A stretch of DNA of 64,000 nt. It comes from Saprospiraceae bacterium. Its GTDB lineage: Bacteria > Bacteroidota > Bacteroidia > Chitinophagales > Saprospiraceae. Below are positions 47,727 through 57,400 of the stretch, piece by piece. Both the position numbers and the translations under genes were made by a program. Within the stretch, counting starts at the first letter, position 1. Every line of letters starts with the position of its first letter. The stretch covers positions 20,135 through 84,134 of the forward strand of contig JBJXGO010000027.1 in NCBI GenBank assembly GCA_046160345.1, read 5' to 3'. Below the pieces are notes generated by a model that saw only the letters and a program-made list of their open reading frames with translations, searched no databases and was not told where the DNA came from.

Positions 47727-47851
47727 ATGGTCATCATCAGCAAAACCATACTGAGGGATTTTGGTACTGAACACCCTCAGGCCATACCGTTTTTATTCGG
47801 TTTGTAGACACCCACGCTGAGTACGACAAGGTGGACTTAACAACAATTTGA
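47727..47851 (+). pseudogene. higB: HigB-family toxin remnant (internal deletion plus frameshift)
   Basis: The N-terminal piece MVIISKTILRDFGTEHPQA... stops at 47805-47807. In another frame the C-terminal piece THAEYDKVDLTTI* ends at 47851. Both pieces match the ends of roughly 95-aa HigB toxins, and the middle (about 65 codons) is missing. Confidence 0.65.
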
Positions 47852-47856
47852 CCATT

Positions 47857-48246
47857 ATGTTATACAAAATCAATTCCGAAGAAGAATACCGTCAGGTCAT
47901 GGAAAAAGTGGAGACATATCTCCAAAGGGCCACTCATCACGGAGGGTTTCAAAGCCTGAATTCCACGGAACAGGATGAATTACACCATTTGTCTCTACTC
48001 GCTGAGGCCTGGGAAGATGGCATTCCACTCATGCCCATTCGTCAGCCGAAAACGCTGGTGGAAATGCTCGAATTGAAAATGTACGAGCGCAAACTCAAAC
48101 AAAAAGATCTGGCAGAATTACTGGGCGTTTCAGCTACCCGCCTTTCGGAAGTAATGCAAGGAAAGCGTAAGGTAAATATGGATTTGGCAAAGCGGCTTCA
48201 CACAGTGTTGAAAATTGATGCGGGGTTTATTTTGGAGCAGGCGTGA
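47857..48246 (+). CDS. higA: HigA-type antitoxin / XRE-family HTH protein
   Basis: It has an HTH segment (LKQKDLAELLGVSATRLSEVMQGKRKVNMDLAKRL) and sits immediately after the higB remnant. Confidence 0.75.
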   Translation: MLYKINSEEEYRQVMEKVETYLQRATHHGGFQSLNSTEQDELHHLSLLAEAWEDGIPLMPIRQPKTLVEMLELKMYERKLKQKDLAELLGVSATRLSEVMQGKRKVNMDLAKRLHTVLKIDAGFILEQA

Positions 48247-51166
48247 GTTCGTTCTTCAAAAACTTCCCTGTCCAGCTCTCCTCCACCTTTGCCACCTCCT
48301 CCGGCGTACCCTCCGCCACGATCTTTCCCCCTCGAAAACCTCCCTCCGGCCCCACATCAATAATGTGATCGGCCATTTTTACCACGTCGAGGTTGTGCTC
48401 GATTACGATGACCGTGTTGCCTTTTTCCACCAACTTGTTTAATACGGTAAGTAGTTGGCGGATGTCTTCAAAATGCAGGCCTGTGGTGGGCTCGTCGAGG
48501 ATGTAAATGGTGCGTCCCGTGTCTTTTTTGGAGAGTTCTTCAGCCAGTTTTACGCGTTGTGCCTCACCGCCTGATAGGGTAGTGGCCTGTTGGCCCAAGG
48601 TTATGTAACCTAGGCCTACGTCTTGCAAGGTCTTGATTCTCCGATAGATGTTCGGGATAGGTTGAAAAAATTCTGCCGCCTCGTGTATGGTCATGTCGAG
48701 CACATCGCTGATGCTTTTGCCTTTGTAGAGTACTTCCAGGGTTTCGCGGTTGTAGCGGCGGCCCTGACAACGTTCGCAATGCACCTGCACATCAGGCAGG
48801 AAATTCATCTCGATGGTTCGCAGGCCAGCACCTTCGCAGACTTCGCAACGACCACCCTTAACATTGAACGAAAAACGCCCGTTGGCATAGCCCCGGATTT
48901 TGGCTTCCGGCGTGTCGGCAAATAGCTTTCGGATGTCGCCAAAAACGTTCGTGTAAGTCGCAGGGTTACTTCTTGGGGTTCGCCCGATAGCACTTTGGTC
49001 TATCTCAATTACCTTGTCGAGGTTTTCCAAACCCTTGATATTCTGATACTTGAGTGGGCGTTTAAGGCTGTTGTGAAAATTGCTTTGCAGGATAGGGTAC
49101 AAGGTCTCGTTAATAAGCGAGGACTTGCCGGAGCCGCTCACCCCGGTGATGCAGATGAAAGTGCCGAGCGGAATTCGAAGCGTTACCGCTTTCAAATTAT
49201 GTCCCGTGCAGCCTTCGAGTTCGAGCCAGTGTCCATTGCCTTTTCGGCGGACTTTGGGAATATCGAGTTTAGAACGACCTGCGAGATAGTCGGAAGTTGC
49301 GGTGGGTTTTTTTAGAAATTCTGCAGGTTTTCCTATATCCACGATTTGGCCGCCGTGCTTGCCCGCGCCAGGGCCAAGGTCAATCAGGTAATCGGATTCC
49401 AGCATGATGTCTCGGTCGTGTTCCACTACCAGAACGGTATTGCCTATGTCGCGCAGGTTTTTCAATGCCTCGATGAGGCGGTGGTTGTCGCGCTGGTGCA
49501 GGCCAATACTCGGCTCATCAAGGATATATGTGATGCCCGTGAGTTGTGAACCAATTTGGGTGGCGAGGCGAATCCGTTGGCCTTCTCCCCCTGACAGGGA
49601 TCGTGCTGGCCGGTCAAGTGCCAGGTAGTCCAGGCCAACCTGCAGCAGGAATTTGAGTCGGAAACGGATTTCTTTCAGCACGTCTTTGGCGATTGTTCGC
49701 TGGCGTTCGCTCAGGTTTTCATCTACATTTTCCAGGGTGGCGTAGAGTTCAGCCAGATCCATTTGAGCCAGTTCGGCGATGTTGCGCTCGGCAATTTTGA
49801 ACCATAAACTTTCCCTTTTCAAGCGAGTGCCGTCACAATCCGGGCAAGGTACGATTGCAATAAAATCCTCTGCCCACTGCCGGGCTTTTTCGCTGGTAGC
49901 TTCTACATACTGGCGTTTGATCACGTTGATCAGGCCATCGAAAGCCATATCGTAACTCCACTCCTCTCCGCCCCACATCATATCCACCTTGATTTCGTCG
50001 CCACCATGTAGGATGGCGTTCAGCACATTTTCAGGCAGTTCTTTTACGGGCGTACTGAAGGAAAAGTTGTACTTTTTCGACAATGCCCGAAGTTGTTTGA
50101 AAAGCATGTTTTCACGGACTTCGCCCAATGGAACAATTGCTACCTCGTTGATACTCTTGGTGTTGTCTGGAATAACCCGCGCCATGTCCACCTCATGAAT
50201 TTCGCCCAATCCTTTGCATTGCGGGCACATTCCATAGGGCGAGTTGAAAGAAAAAGTGTTGGGCGAGGGTTCGTCGTAGGAAAGCCCGGTGTCCTGGCAC
50301 ATCAAATTTTTTGAAAAACTGGCCAGATCACCATTTTCGAGTTCTAAGATCTGAATCAGCCCATCGCCCAATTTCAAAGCCATGTTCAGGCTTTCGGCCA
50401 GCCGTTCATTCCGGTCGTCTCCTACTTTCAAGCGGTCCACCACGATCTCGACATCGTGAATTTTGTAACGGTCGAGTTGCATTCCAGGCGTGATCTCCAG
50501 CATTTCTCCGTCCACACGAACCCGGGTATAGCCTTGTTTCCGGATTTGCTCGAAAAGTTCGCGGTAGTGTCCTTTTCTGGAGCGCACAACGGGCGAGAGC
50601 AGCGCGATCTTCTGACCTGCAAACCGCTCAGTAATATTTTCTACGATCTGCTCCTCCGTATATTTCACCATCTTTTTCCCTGTCTCATAGGAGTATGCTT
50701 CACCCGCGCGGGCAAAAAGCAAACGCAGGAAATCGTACACTTCTGTCACTGTACCAACGGTAGAACGCGGGTTGCGGCCGGTGGTTTTTTGCTCAATGGA
50801 AATGACCGGAGAAAGCCCTGTAATTTGATCTACATCAGGGCGTTCCATCTCGCCGATGAATTGGCGTGCATAACTGGAAAGTGTTTCCATGAATCGCCGT
50901 TGGCCTTCGGCGTATATGGTGTCGAAGGCGAGGCTCGATTTGCCTGAACCACTCACCCCCGTAATAACCACCAGTTGATTGCGCGGGATCTGTACGTCCA
51001 CATTCTTCAAATTGTGGGCGCGTGCACCGATGACTTCGATAAAGTGGTTATTGGCGACTGGTGATTGGTTACCGGTTATTGGTGACTGGTTATTGGTAAT
51101 TGGTGACTGGTGGTCAGTCACAGAAACAGTACTTAGGGATGCTATTTGTGCTTTTGCTTTTGCCAT
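48227..51166 (-). CDS. uvrA: Excinuclease ABC subunit A, with repeat-encoded N-terminal extension
   Basis: The 979-aa product has GARAHNLKN, two ABC ATPase modules (GVSGSGKSS twice; LSGGE twice) and zinc-finger CxxC pairs. The first roughly 40 aa (…DHQSPITNNQSPITGNQSPVANNH) come from the heptamer repeat. Confidence 0.95.
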   Translation of the reverse strand: MAKAKAQIASLSTVSVTDHQSPITNNQSPITGNQSPVANNHFIEVIGARAHNLKNVDVQIPRNQLVVITGVSGSGKSSLAFDTIYAEGQRRFMETLSSYARQFIGEMERPDVDQITGLSPVISIEQKTTGRNPRSTVGTVTEVYDFLRLLFARAGEAYSYETGKKMVKYTEEQIVENITERFAGQKIALLSPVVRSRKGHYRELFEQIRKQGYTRVRVDGEMLEITPGMQLDRYKIHDVEIVVDRLKVGDDRNERLAESLNMALKLGDGLIQILELENGDLASFSKNLMCQDTGLSYDEPSPNTFSFNSPYGMCPQCKGLGEIHEVDMARVIPDNTKSINEVAIVPLGEVRENMLFKQLRALSKKYNFSFSTPVKELPENVLNAILHGGDEIKVDMMWGGEEWSYDMAFDGLINVIKRQYVEATSEKARQWAEDFIAIVPCPDCDGTRLKRESLWFKIAERNIAELAQMDLAELYATLENVDENLSERQRTIAKDVLKEIRFRLKFLLQVGLDYLALDRPARSLSGGEGQRIRLATQIGSQLTGITYILDEPSIGLHQRDNHRLIEALKNLRDIGNTVLVVEHDRDIMLESDYLIDLGPGAGKHGGQIVDIGKPAEFLKKPTATSDYLAGRSKLDIPKVRRKGNGHWLELEGCTGHNLKAVTLRIPLGTFICITGVSGSGKSSLINETLYPILQSNFHNSLKRPLKYQNIKGLENLDKVIEIDQSAIGRTPRSNPATYTNVFGDIRKLFADTPEAKIRGYANGRFSFNVKGGRCEVCEGAGLRTIEMNFLPDVQVHCERCQGRRYNRETLEVLYKGKSISDVLDMTIHEAAEFFQPIPNIYRRIKTLQDVGLGYITLGQQATTLSGGEAQRVKLAEELSKKDTGRTIYILDEPTTGLHFEDIRQLLTVLNKLVEKGNTVIVIEHNLDVVKMADHIIDVGPEGGFRGGKIVAEGTPEEVAKVEESWTGKFLKNELTPAPK
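51046..51115. repeat. Heptamer tract (TTGGTNA units) inside the 5' end of uvrA
   Basis: The sequence is ggttattggcgactggtgattggttaccggttattggtgactggttattggtaattggtgactggtggtc. Three heptamers make 21 nt, which gives the QSPITNN peptide repeat. Confidence 0.8.
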
Positions 51167-51256
51167 TTCGAGCGGGAAAACAACTGAGGTGCCGGGAGGT
51201 TTTCGCGAAAAGGCAAAAGTACGGAAGTTCCAATAAAAAAACGAATTGTTTTAAAA

Positions 51257-53452
51257 TTACTGTTTCATCTCACCCCCATCCATGCCCAGCAAACCCATCA
51301 TCCAGGCATATTCCAGTGCCCGTTCTTCCAGGCGTTTGAAACGGCCCGAAGAGCCTCCGTGCGAGCCGCTCATATTGGTTTTGAAAAGCAGTACATTTTT
51401 GTCGGTTTTCAGGTCGCGCAAGCGAGCAACATATTTGGCTGGCTCGAAATATTGCACCTGCGAATCTGCGAAGGAAGTCAGCACCAGCATGTTAGGATAA
51501 TTTCCTTTTTTCATGTTGTCGTAGGGCGAATATTGTTTCATGTAATCGTATTCGGCCTTGTTGGCCGGGTTGCCCCACTCGGTATATTCTCCTGTGGTAA
51601 GGGGTATGCTGGGGTCGCTCATGGTGGTCAGCACGTCCACAAACGGTACGCCTGTGATGATGCCTTTGAAAAGATCGGGGCGCATATTTGTCACCGCGCC
51701 CATAAGCAGGCCTCCAGCCGAGCGGCCTTCGGCAAAAAGGCGATCGGAAGCGGTATATTTTTCCTTTATCAGGAAGTCGGCGCAGTCAATAAAGTCGTTG
51801 AAGGTGTTCATTTTCTTCAACATTTTGCCGTCTTCGTACCATTGGTAACCCATTTCCATGCCGCCGCGTATGTGGGCGATGGCCACTACAAAGCCCCGGT
51901 CGAGCAGACTGATTTTGTCGCGGTTGAAGCCCGGGGCGTAACTGGAGCCATAGGAGCCATAGCCCGTAAGATGACAAGGTGCATTGCCGTTCCGGGGGAG
52001 GTCTTTTTTATGCACCAGCGAGATGGGCACTTTTACACCGTCGCGGGCAGTGGCCCACACAAATTCGGTTTCGTAATGGTTTGAATCGAATCCACCCAAA
52101 ACAGGGGCAACTTTCTTTACCTCTTTTGCCTTCGTTTCCATGTTGTAATCCACAATGGTCGTAGGCGTTTTAAGGGAAGAAAAGGCGTAGCGCAAGGTTT
52201 TAGTGTCAAACTCTGGGTTGTTGTCCACCGAACAGGCGTAGGTCGGCTCGCCCACTTCGATATAGTGGTCGGCTTTATCTGCCCAGCGAAGGATATGAAT
52301 TTGGCTTAGTCCGCCTTTGTGCTCAGAGGCTACGAGGTATTCTTTAAACACGGTGAACCCATCCAGCAGTATGTCCTTGCGATGGGGGAGCACGTCTTTC
52401 CAGTTTTCTCGACGCGGGTCAGACACTGGAGTTTCCATCAGGCGAAAGTTCTTCGCATCCCAATTGGTGCGAATAATGAACTGGTCGTTCCAATGCTCTA
52501 TTTCATAAAAAAAATCCTTTTCTCGTGGGCGAATGCTTTGGAAGTTTCCGGCGGGATTGTTTGCATCAAGATATTGAACCTCAACAGTTTGCGTATATGC
52601 CGAGTTGATCAAAAAGAATTGTTCGCTCTTGGATTTCCCCAGATAGGCGTACTGCGTCTCATCCTTTTCGTGGTACATGAGCACGTCCTGTTTTTGCGGG
52701 GTGCCGATGACGTGTCGCCAGATTTTGTCGTTGCGGAGCGTTACTTTGTCTTTCGTGTCGTATAGAATCGTTTTGTTATCGTTGGCCCAAACGAATGCCC
52801 CGCCGATGTCGAAGGAATCAGGAAGGTCTTTTCCGGTGGCGAGGTTTTTGAAATACACTTTGAACAAATTCCGACCGCTGTAGTCCACAGAATAGGCCAT
52901 CAGTTGGTTGTCGAGACTAACCTGAAGGCCACCAAATTGGCAATATTCCTTGCCTGCGGCGAGTGTGTTCACGTCCACCAGCACCTCTTCAGCGGCGTTC
53001 AAATCCCCTTTTTTTCGCGTAAAAACAGGGTATTCCTTACCTGCCTCAAAGCGGGCCACATACCAGTAGCCATTTTTGAAATACGGTACTGTTTGGTCGT
53101 CTTCTTTGATGCGGGCTTTGAGTTCGTCGTAGAGTTTGGTGCGCAGGCCTTTTACAGGCGCGAGGACCGTGTCGGCGTATCGGTTTTCCGCTTCTAGGTA
53201 GGCGGTCACGGCGGGGTTTTCGCGCTCATTGAGCCAGTAATATTCGTCGGAGCGTTTATCGCCCCAGGGGGTGCTGAGTTCTTTTGGTTTTTGTTCGGGG
53301 TGGGGTGGGGTGGCCGATTGGGGATTGAAAACAGAAGGTTGCACGGTGGTGGTGGGTACGTTGGGAGTGGGTTGGTTCTGACAGGAGGGAAGCAGAGAGA
53401 GCAAACCTGCCGTTACGAATAAAAGAACGGGCGATGGGAGATGTTTCATCAA
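51257..53452 (-). CDS. S9-family serine peptidase (oligopeptidase B / prolyl oligopeptidase-like) lipoprotein
   Basis: It has a lipobox (LLSLLPSC), a beta-propeller region, the catalytic motif GRSAGGLLMG and a C-terminal SGHGG. Confidence 0.9.
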   Translation of the reverse strand: MMKHLPSPVLLFVTAGLLSLLPSCQNQPTPNVPTTTVQPSVFNPQSATPPHPEQKPKELSTPWGDKRSDEYYWLNERENPAVTAYLEAENRYADTVLAPVKGLRTKLYDELKARIKEDDQTVPYFKNGYWYVARFEAGKEYPVFTRKKGDLNAAEEVLVDVNTLAAGKEYCQFGGLQVSLDNQLMAYSVDYSGRNLFKVYFKNLATGKDLPDSFDIGGAFVWANDNKTILYDTKDKVTLRNDKIWRHVIGTPQKQDVLMYHEKDETQYAYLGKSKSEQFFLINSAYTQTVEVQYLDANNPAGNFQSIRPREKDFFYEIEHWNDQFIIRTNWDAKNFRLMETPVSDPRRENWKDVLPHRKDILLDGFTVFKEYLVASEHKGGLSQIHILRWADKADHYIEVGEPTYACSVDNNPEFDTKTLRYAFSSLKTPTTIVDYNMETKAKEVKKVAPVLGGFDSNHYETEFVWATARDGVKVPISLVHKKDLPRNGNAPCHLTGYGSYGSSYAPGFNRDKISLLDRGFVVAIAHIRGGMEMGYQWYEDGKMLKKMNTFNDFIDCADFLIKEKYTASDRLFAEGRSAGGLLMGAVTNMRPDLFKGIITGVPFVDVLTTMSDPSIPLTTGEYTEWGNPANKAEYDYMKQYSPYDNMKKGNYPNMLVLTSFADSQVQYFEPAKYVARLRDLKTDKNVLLFKTNMSGSHGGSSGRFKRLEERALEYAWMMGLLGMDGGEMKQ

Positions 53453-53483
53453 TTTAAATACTTGGAATTCAATAATAAGTTGG

Positions 53484-54326
53484 TCAGGCTCCGGGCCTGG
53501 TGTTTTTTACGGTACGCTCAACTTTAGCCATGCCTGACTCAAAATTATTGCCTGCGATATCAACCGTTAAAACTTCTTGCAATCGTGTCATGATTTTAGG
53601 CAAGTTTTGTCTGAGCCCCTGGAGGCGTTGCCGCTTGGGGATGAGATCGTCGTCCGGGAGGTGCAATTTTCTCCTTTTTTGGGTATCTGCTTCTAAATCT
53701 TGAAGTTTTTTGTCAATATCCTCCACAACGCTATAAATAAAACCATCTTTGAACACCTCATTATCAAGCATTACGGGAATAAATTGCCGCCCCCCGAATA
53801 GACTGGAATAAAAAGCGAGGTCATTTTCTAATCCTACCCACCCTGAGCGCAGACTGTTGCGAGACACTACTGAAAGAATAATGCCTTCTTCCTGCATCAC
53901 GCGATGGATGAAAGCCTGAATACTCTCCCCGGCATGCATATCTTCAGTGTCTCGTATCACCCGAAGGCCTTTTTCTTCCAGATATGATTCTATATTGTCC
54001 ACAGCCTCTCGGTCACCATGGTTGTAGGAGATGAACACACTGTGGAAGGATTCGTTGGGTGCATCAGCGGGTTCGGGTGCAGGCCGAGAGGTTTCGGCGT
54101 CCCTTTGAACAGCTGCCTTGTCAGCAACTTCAAGCAGCGCATAATTTACCTGTGCCTGCAGGCGGCTCCAATCATCAAAGCCAATAAGGCCCATGTTGTA
54201 GTTCTTTTTTCCGCTGGCATAGCGTGCCTGAAGCAGTACGGCGTCATTGGCGTTGTGGGCGACCAAGAGCTGGAGTGCATCTTCGGTCTGACCGGAGGCA
54301 ATAAGTTGTTGGATTTGTTCGCGCAT
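53484..54326 (-). CDS. TIR-domain protein with N-terminal helical adaptor-like module and C-terminal coiled coil
   Basis: The 280-aa product has a TIR core SVFISYNHGDREAVDNIESYLEEKGLRVIRDTEDMHAGESI...ILSVVSRNSLRSGWVGLENDL. The N-terminal roughly 75 aa (IQQLIASGQTEDALQLL...LLQARYASGKKNYNMGLIGFDDWSRLQAQVNYALLEV) resemble short helical 'effector-associated' adaptor domains. Confidence 0.8.
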   Translation of the reverse strand: MREQIQQLIASGQTEDALQLLVAHNANDAVLLQARYASGKKNYNMGLIGFDDWSRLQAQVNYALLEVADKAAVQRDAETSRPAPEPADAPNESFHSVFISYNHGDREAVDNIESYLEEKGLRVIRDTEDMHAGESIQAFIHRVMQEEGIILSVVSRNSLRSGWVGLENDLAFYSSLFGGRQFIPVMLDNEVFKDGFIYSVVEDIDKKLQDLEADTQKRRKLHLPDDDLIPKRQRLQGLRQNLPKIMTRLQEVLTVDIAGNNFESGMAKVERTVKNTRPGA

Positions 54327-54351
54327 ATAAAATTACATGTTTTGGGAGCAC

Positions 54352-54359
54352 CAAAGGTA
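54352..54359 (-). promoter_or_regulatory. Candidate -7 box (TACCTTTG on minus strand) for the TIR gene
   Basis: The reverse complement of caaaggta fits TAnnTTTG. It lies 26 nt upstream of the ATG at 54326. Confidence 0.4.
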
Positions 54360-54395
54360 GAATGTTTATTTAGTGCGAAAACCCATTCATCGTGC

Positions 54396-54403
54396 TAATT
54401 TTG
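54396..54403 (+). promoter_or_regulatory. Candidate -7 box (TAATTTTG) for the LRR-Roc-COR-TIR gene
   Basis: The TAnnTTTG match lies 23 nt upstream of the ATG at 54426. It is back-to-back with the box at 54352-54359. Confidence 0.4.
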
Positions 54404-54425
54404 CTTTTGAAAAAACATTTATCCA

Positions 54426-57400
54426 ATGCATAAAACGCCCACCCCTGAACTTGCCCTACTACTCATCCAGCAAAACCTGGATCAACTAAGCCGAGGGGAG
54501 GATGCCTCATTTCTCGACCTAGGCAATTGTGGTCTAACGTGCATACCCAGCGAACTAGCCGGCCTCAAGCATCTGAAAGCGCTCAACCTGGGGCAATTTT
54601 TTGTGAAATATACGGGTAGGAAAACAATCAATTTGGAACAGTATTACCCAAAAGATTTTTCAGAATTCTTAATTCAAGAAAGTAACAATAAAGGCGCTGT
54701 TAATCGCCTTTCCGCTGAAGATTTAAGTGAAATTGGCTTAAACAGTGAAATTTGTTGTCTATACTTGACTAATCTTCAATTGAAGGATATTGGCGCACTT
54801 AACTCATTTCCCAATTTAGAAGTTTTGTATCTAGGTAATAATGAATTGACAGATATTTCCCCCTTACGGTCGAATGTAAAACTGCGTGACTTATCATTAG
54901 TGCAAAATAAGATTTCAGATTTGTCACCCCTTTCTAATCTAAATAAATTAGAAACCCTTAATTTAAGTAGAAATAAGGTTTCAGACCTTTCGACTTTGGC
55001 AGGATTAAAAAATCTGTCTATGCTATTCATTGGCAATAATTTAGTGTCGGACCTTAGACCAATTGCTTCATTTTCTAAACTGCGACTCTTAGTGGCTTTT
55101 GAGAATAATATCTCTTCGCTGGATCCCCTAAATAATTTGGTACACTTAGAACGTATACATTTAGCATCGAACCAGATAAGCAATGGAATACCTTTACAAA
55201 AGTTATTAAAGGTAAAAGAATTAAACCTACGAGCCAATCAGATTAAAGATATTTCATTCTTATCTTCCATGCTAAATCTTACAATATTAGATATGGGAAA
55301 CAATGTAATAGATTTTTTACCTCCAACGCTTTCTTTACCCTATTTAACTAGTTTATATTTCGGAAATAATCGAATTTCCGATATAAGCCCTTTAAGCGCA
55401 TTTCCCGCGCTTGAAGTACTTGACCTTTCACGAAATCAGATAATAGATATAGCACCACTGCAAAATCTATCGCTAGGCAATCTAGTTCTTACTGGTAACA
55501 ACATCCAAGACATTAAGCCACTCGGCAGCCTTAAAGAGATTGGCATACTTAGTTTGGAGCATAATAAAATTGAATATATAGAGCCGTTTGCATTCGCATT
55601 TACCTCACCCGTAGTGTTGCGATTAGCTGGCAACCCTATCAAAGATATCCCGCTTGAATTAGTTGTTTCGGACAATATTTTGAAAAGAACAAGCTCCACT
55701 GAGATAGATGCCTACTTCAAATCCATTGAGGGAGAAAAAGATGTCGTCCATGCTGCCGAAGTAAAAATCATTCTGGTCGGCAATAGTACAGCCGGGAAAA
55801 CCTCCCTTTCCCGGGTATTGCGCGGACAGCCATTACCAAGCCTGGAGACCTCTACACATGGCATTCAGATACATCAATGGAAAATCCGAAGCAGTGATTT
55901 TCTCGATGTTAAACTCGTGCCAGACACGCCCGAGCAGATTACCGTGAACATCTGGGATTTTGGCGGTCAGGAGTATTACCATGGAACGCACCAACTTTTT
56001 CTTGACAACAACGCCATTTATATATTGGTCTGGGAACCAAGTACCAACCAAAGCGCCGTGGTAGGCACCGAGTATGTCATTCCCGGAGATGTTCCTGAAA
56101 AATTGACTCTACCAGTGGAACAATTCCACTACCGATATTGGCTTGACAGCATTCGTTTCTATGCCAGTGCTCAAAGTGACAGTCCGCCGCCGCCTATATT
56201 TATGGTGCAGAACAAATTGGATAAAGAAGGCAGCAAAGTCACTTGGCCCGAGGCAATAATATTCGAATCTTATAAAGTGGAGGATGCGACGGCACTGAGC
56301 GCCTTCTTGGCCCTATCGCAAAAAACTGCAGATCGAGCCTATCACCATCGCTTCCAAATTTTTCTCGACAAACTGCTGTGTGCCATCCGTCAAAAAGCCC
56401 TGGAAAACCTTGGCCGTGACCGACTTGCGGCCTCTTGGCAACATATTCGCAAAGCGATCCAAGAGGCTACGGACAAGGACACGAGTAAAAAGGCACTTGC
56501 AAAAAATCCATTTGCCCGATCAGCCGATGAAAGCCAATCGCTCGAAGCAGAAAAATTTAGACAAGCATGCCGCGATGTGATCGCGCCCGCTATTATTACC
56601 GATGGCGAGATAGATACGCTGGTTCGTTATCTTAACAGCGTCGGCGCGGTATTTTACAACCCGGCGGTAGTAAACCGCGTGTATCTGCGGCCTACCGTGC
56701 TCACGGAAAAGATTTACCAGATACTTAATCAGGAAGTGTTGCGCAGAAAAGGCCGTTTTACCCAATCAGAAGCAAGTCGCGCCTTGGGCAGAAATCAGGG
56801 TAAATATGCCAAGTTATTAATTGGACTTATGGCCCGCTGGGAAATAATTTTTCCAGCTCCGTCAGCTGCTGCGACCCCTATAAGCGCCTTGCGTTCGGCA
56901 CCAGTTCCGAAAGGCCCAAGCCCTGAAGAAGAGTGGATCGCTACGCAGTATCTTCCCGACGATCACCCGCTGGAAGGTCTGTATCAAATTGCAGCAAGCG
57001 GTTTGGAACAAAACTATTTTATCGTTCGAAGCCCGCTGTTTCATTTTAAAAAAGCGTTGCGCCAATTGGTGTTTTCGATTGGCAATGATTCCAAGGTGCG
57101 CAACAAGGAGTTTTGGAAATATGGCATCCTTTTTACTTCCGTAGAAGGCAATCTTCGGGTGTTGGTTAAGGGAGTCAGGGAAGAAAATTTTGGCCAGATC
57201 CTTGTTTATGTGGAACAGAGGCCTGAAAACGGTATAACGACACAATGGGAAGGAGAGGTGTTTGAGCGGATCATCAGCGCGATGACCGAAAATATGCATC
57301 CTTTTTCCGCTCCCAACCCTACTCAGGTCAGTCAAACCAATAACACAGATGTTTTTATTCGCAGGGCAGAAAAGGCCGCTTCGCCTCAAATTTCTCGCAA

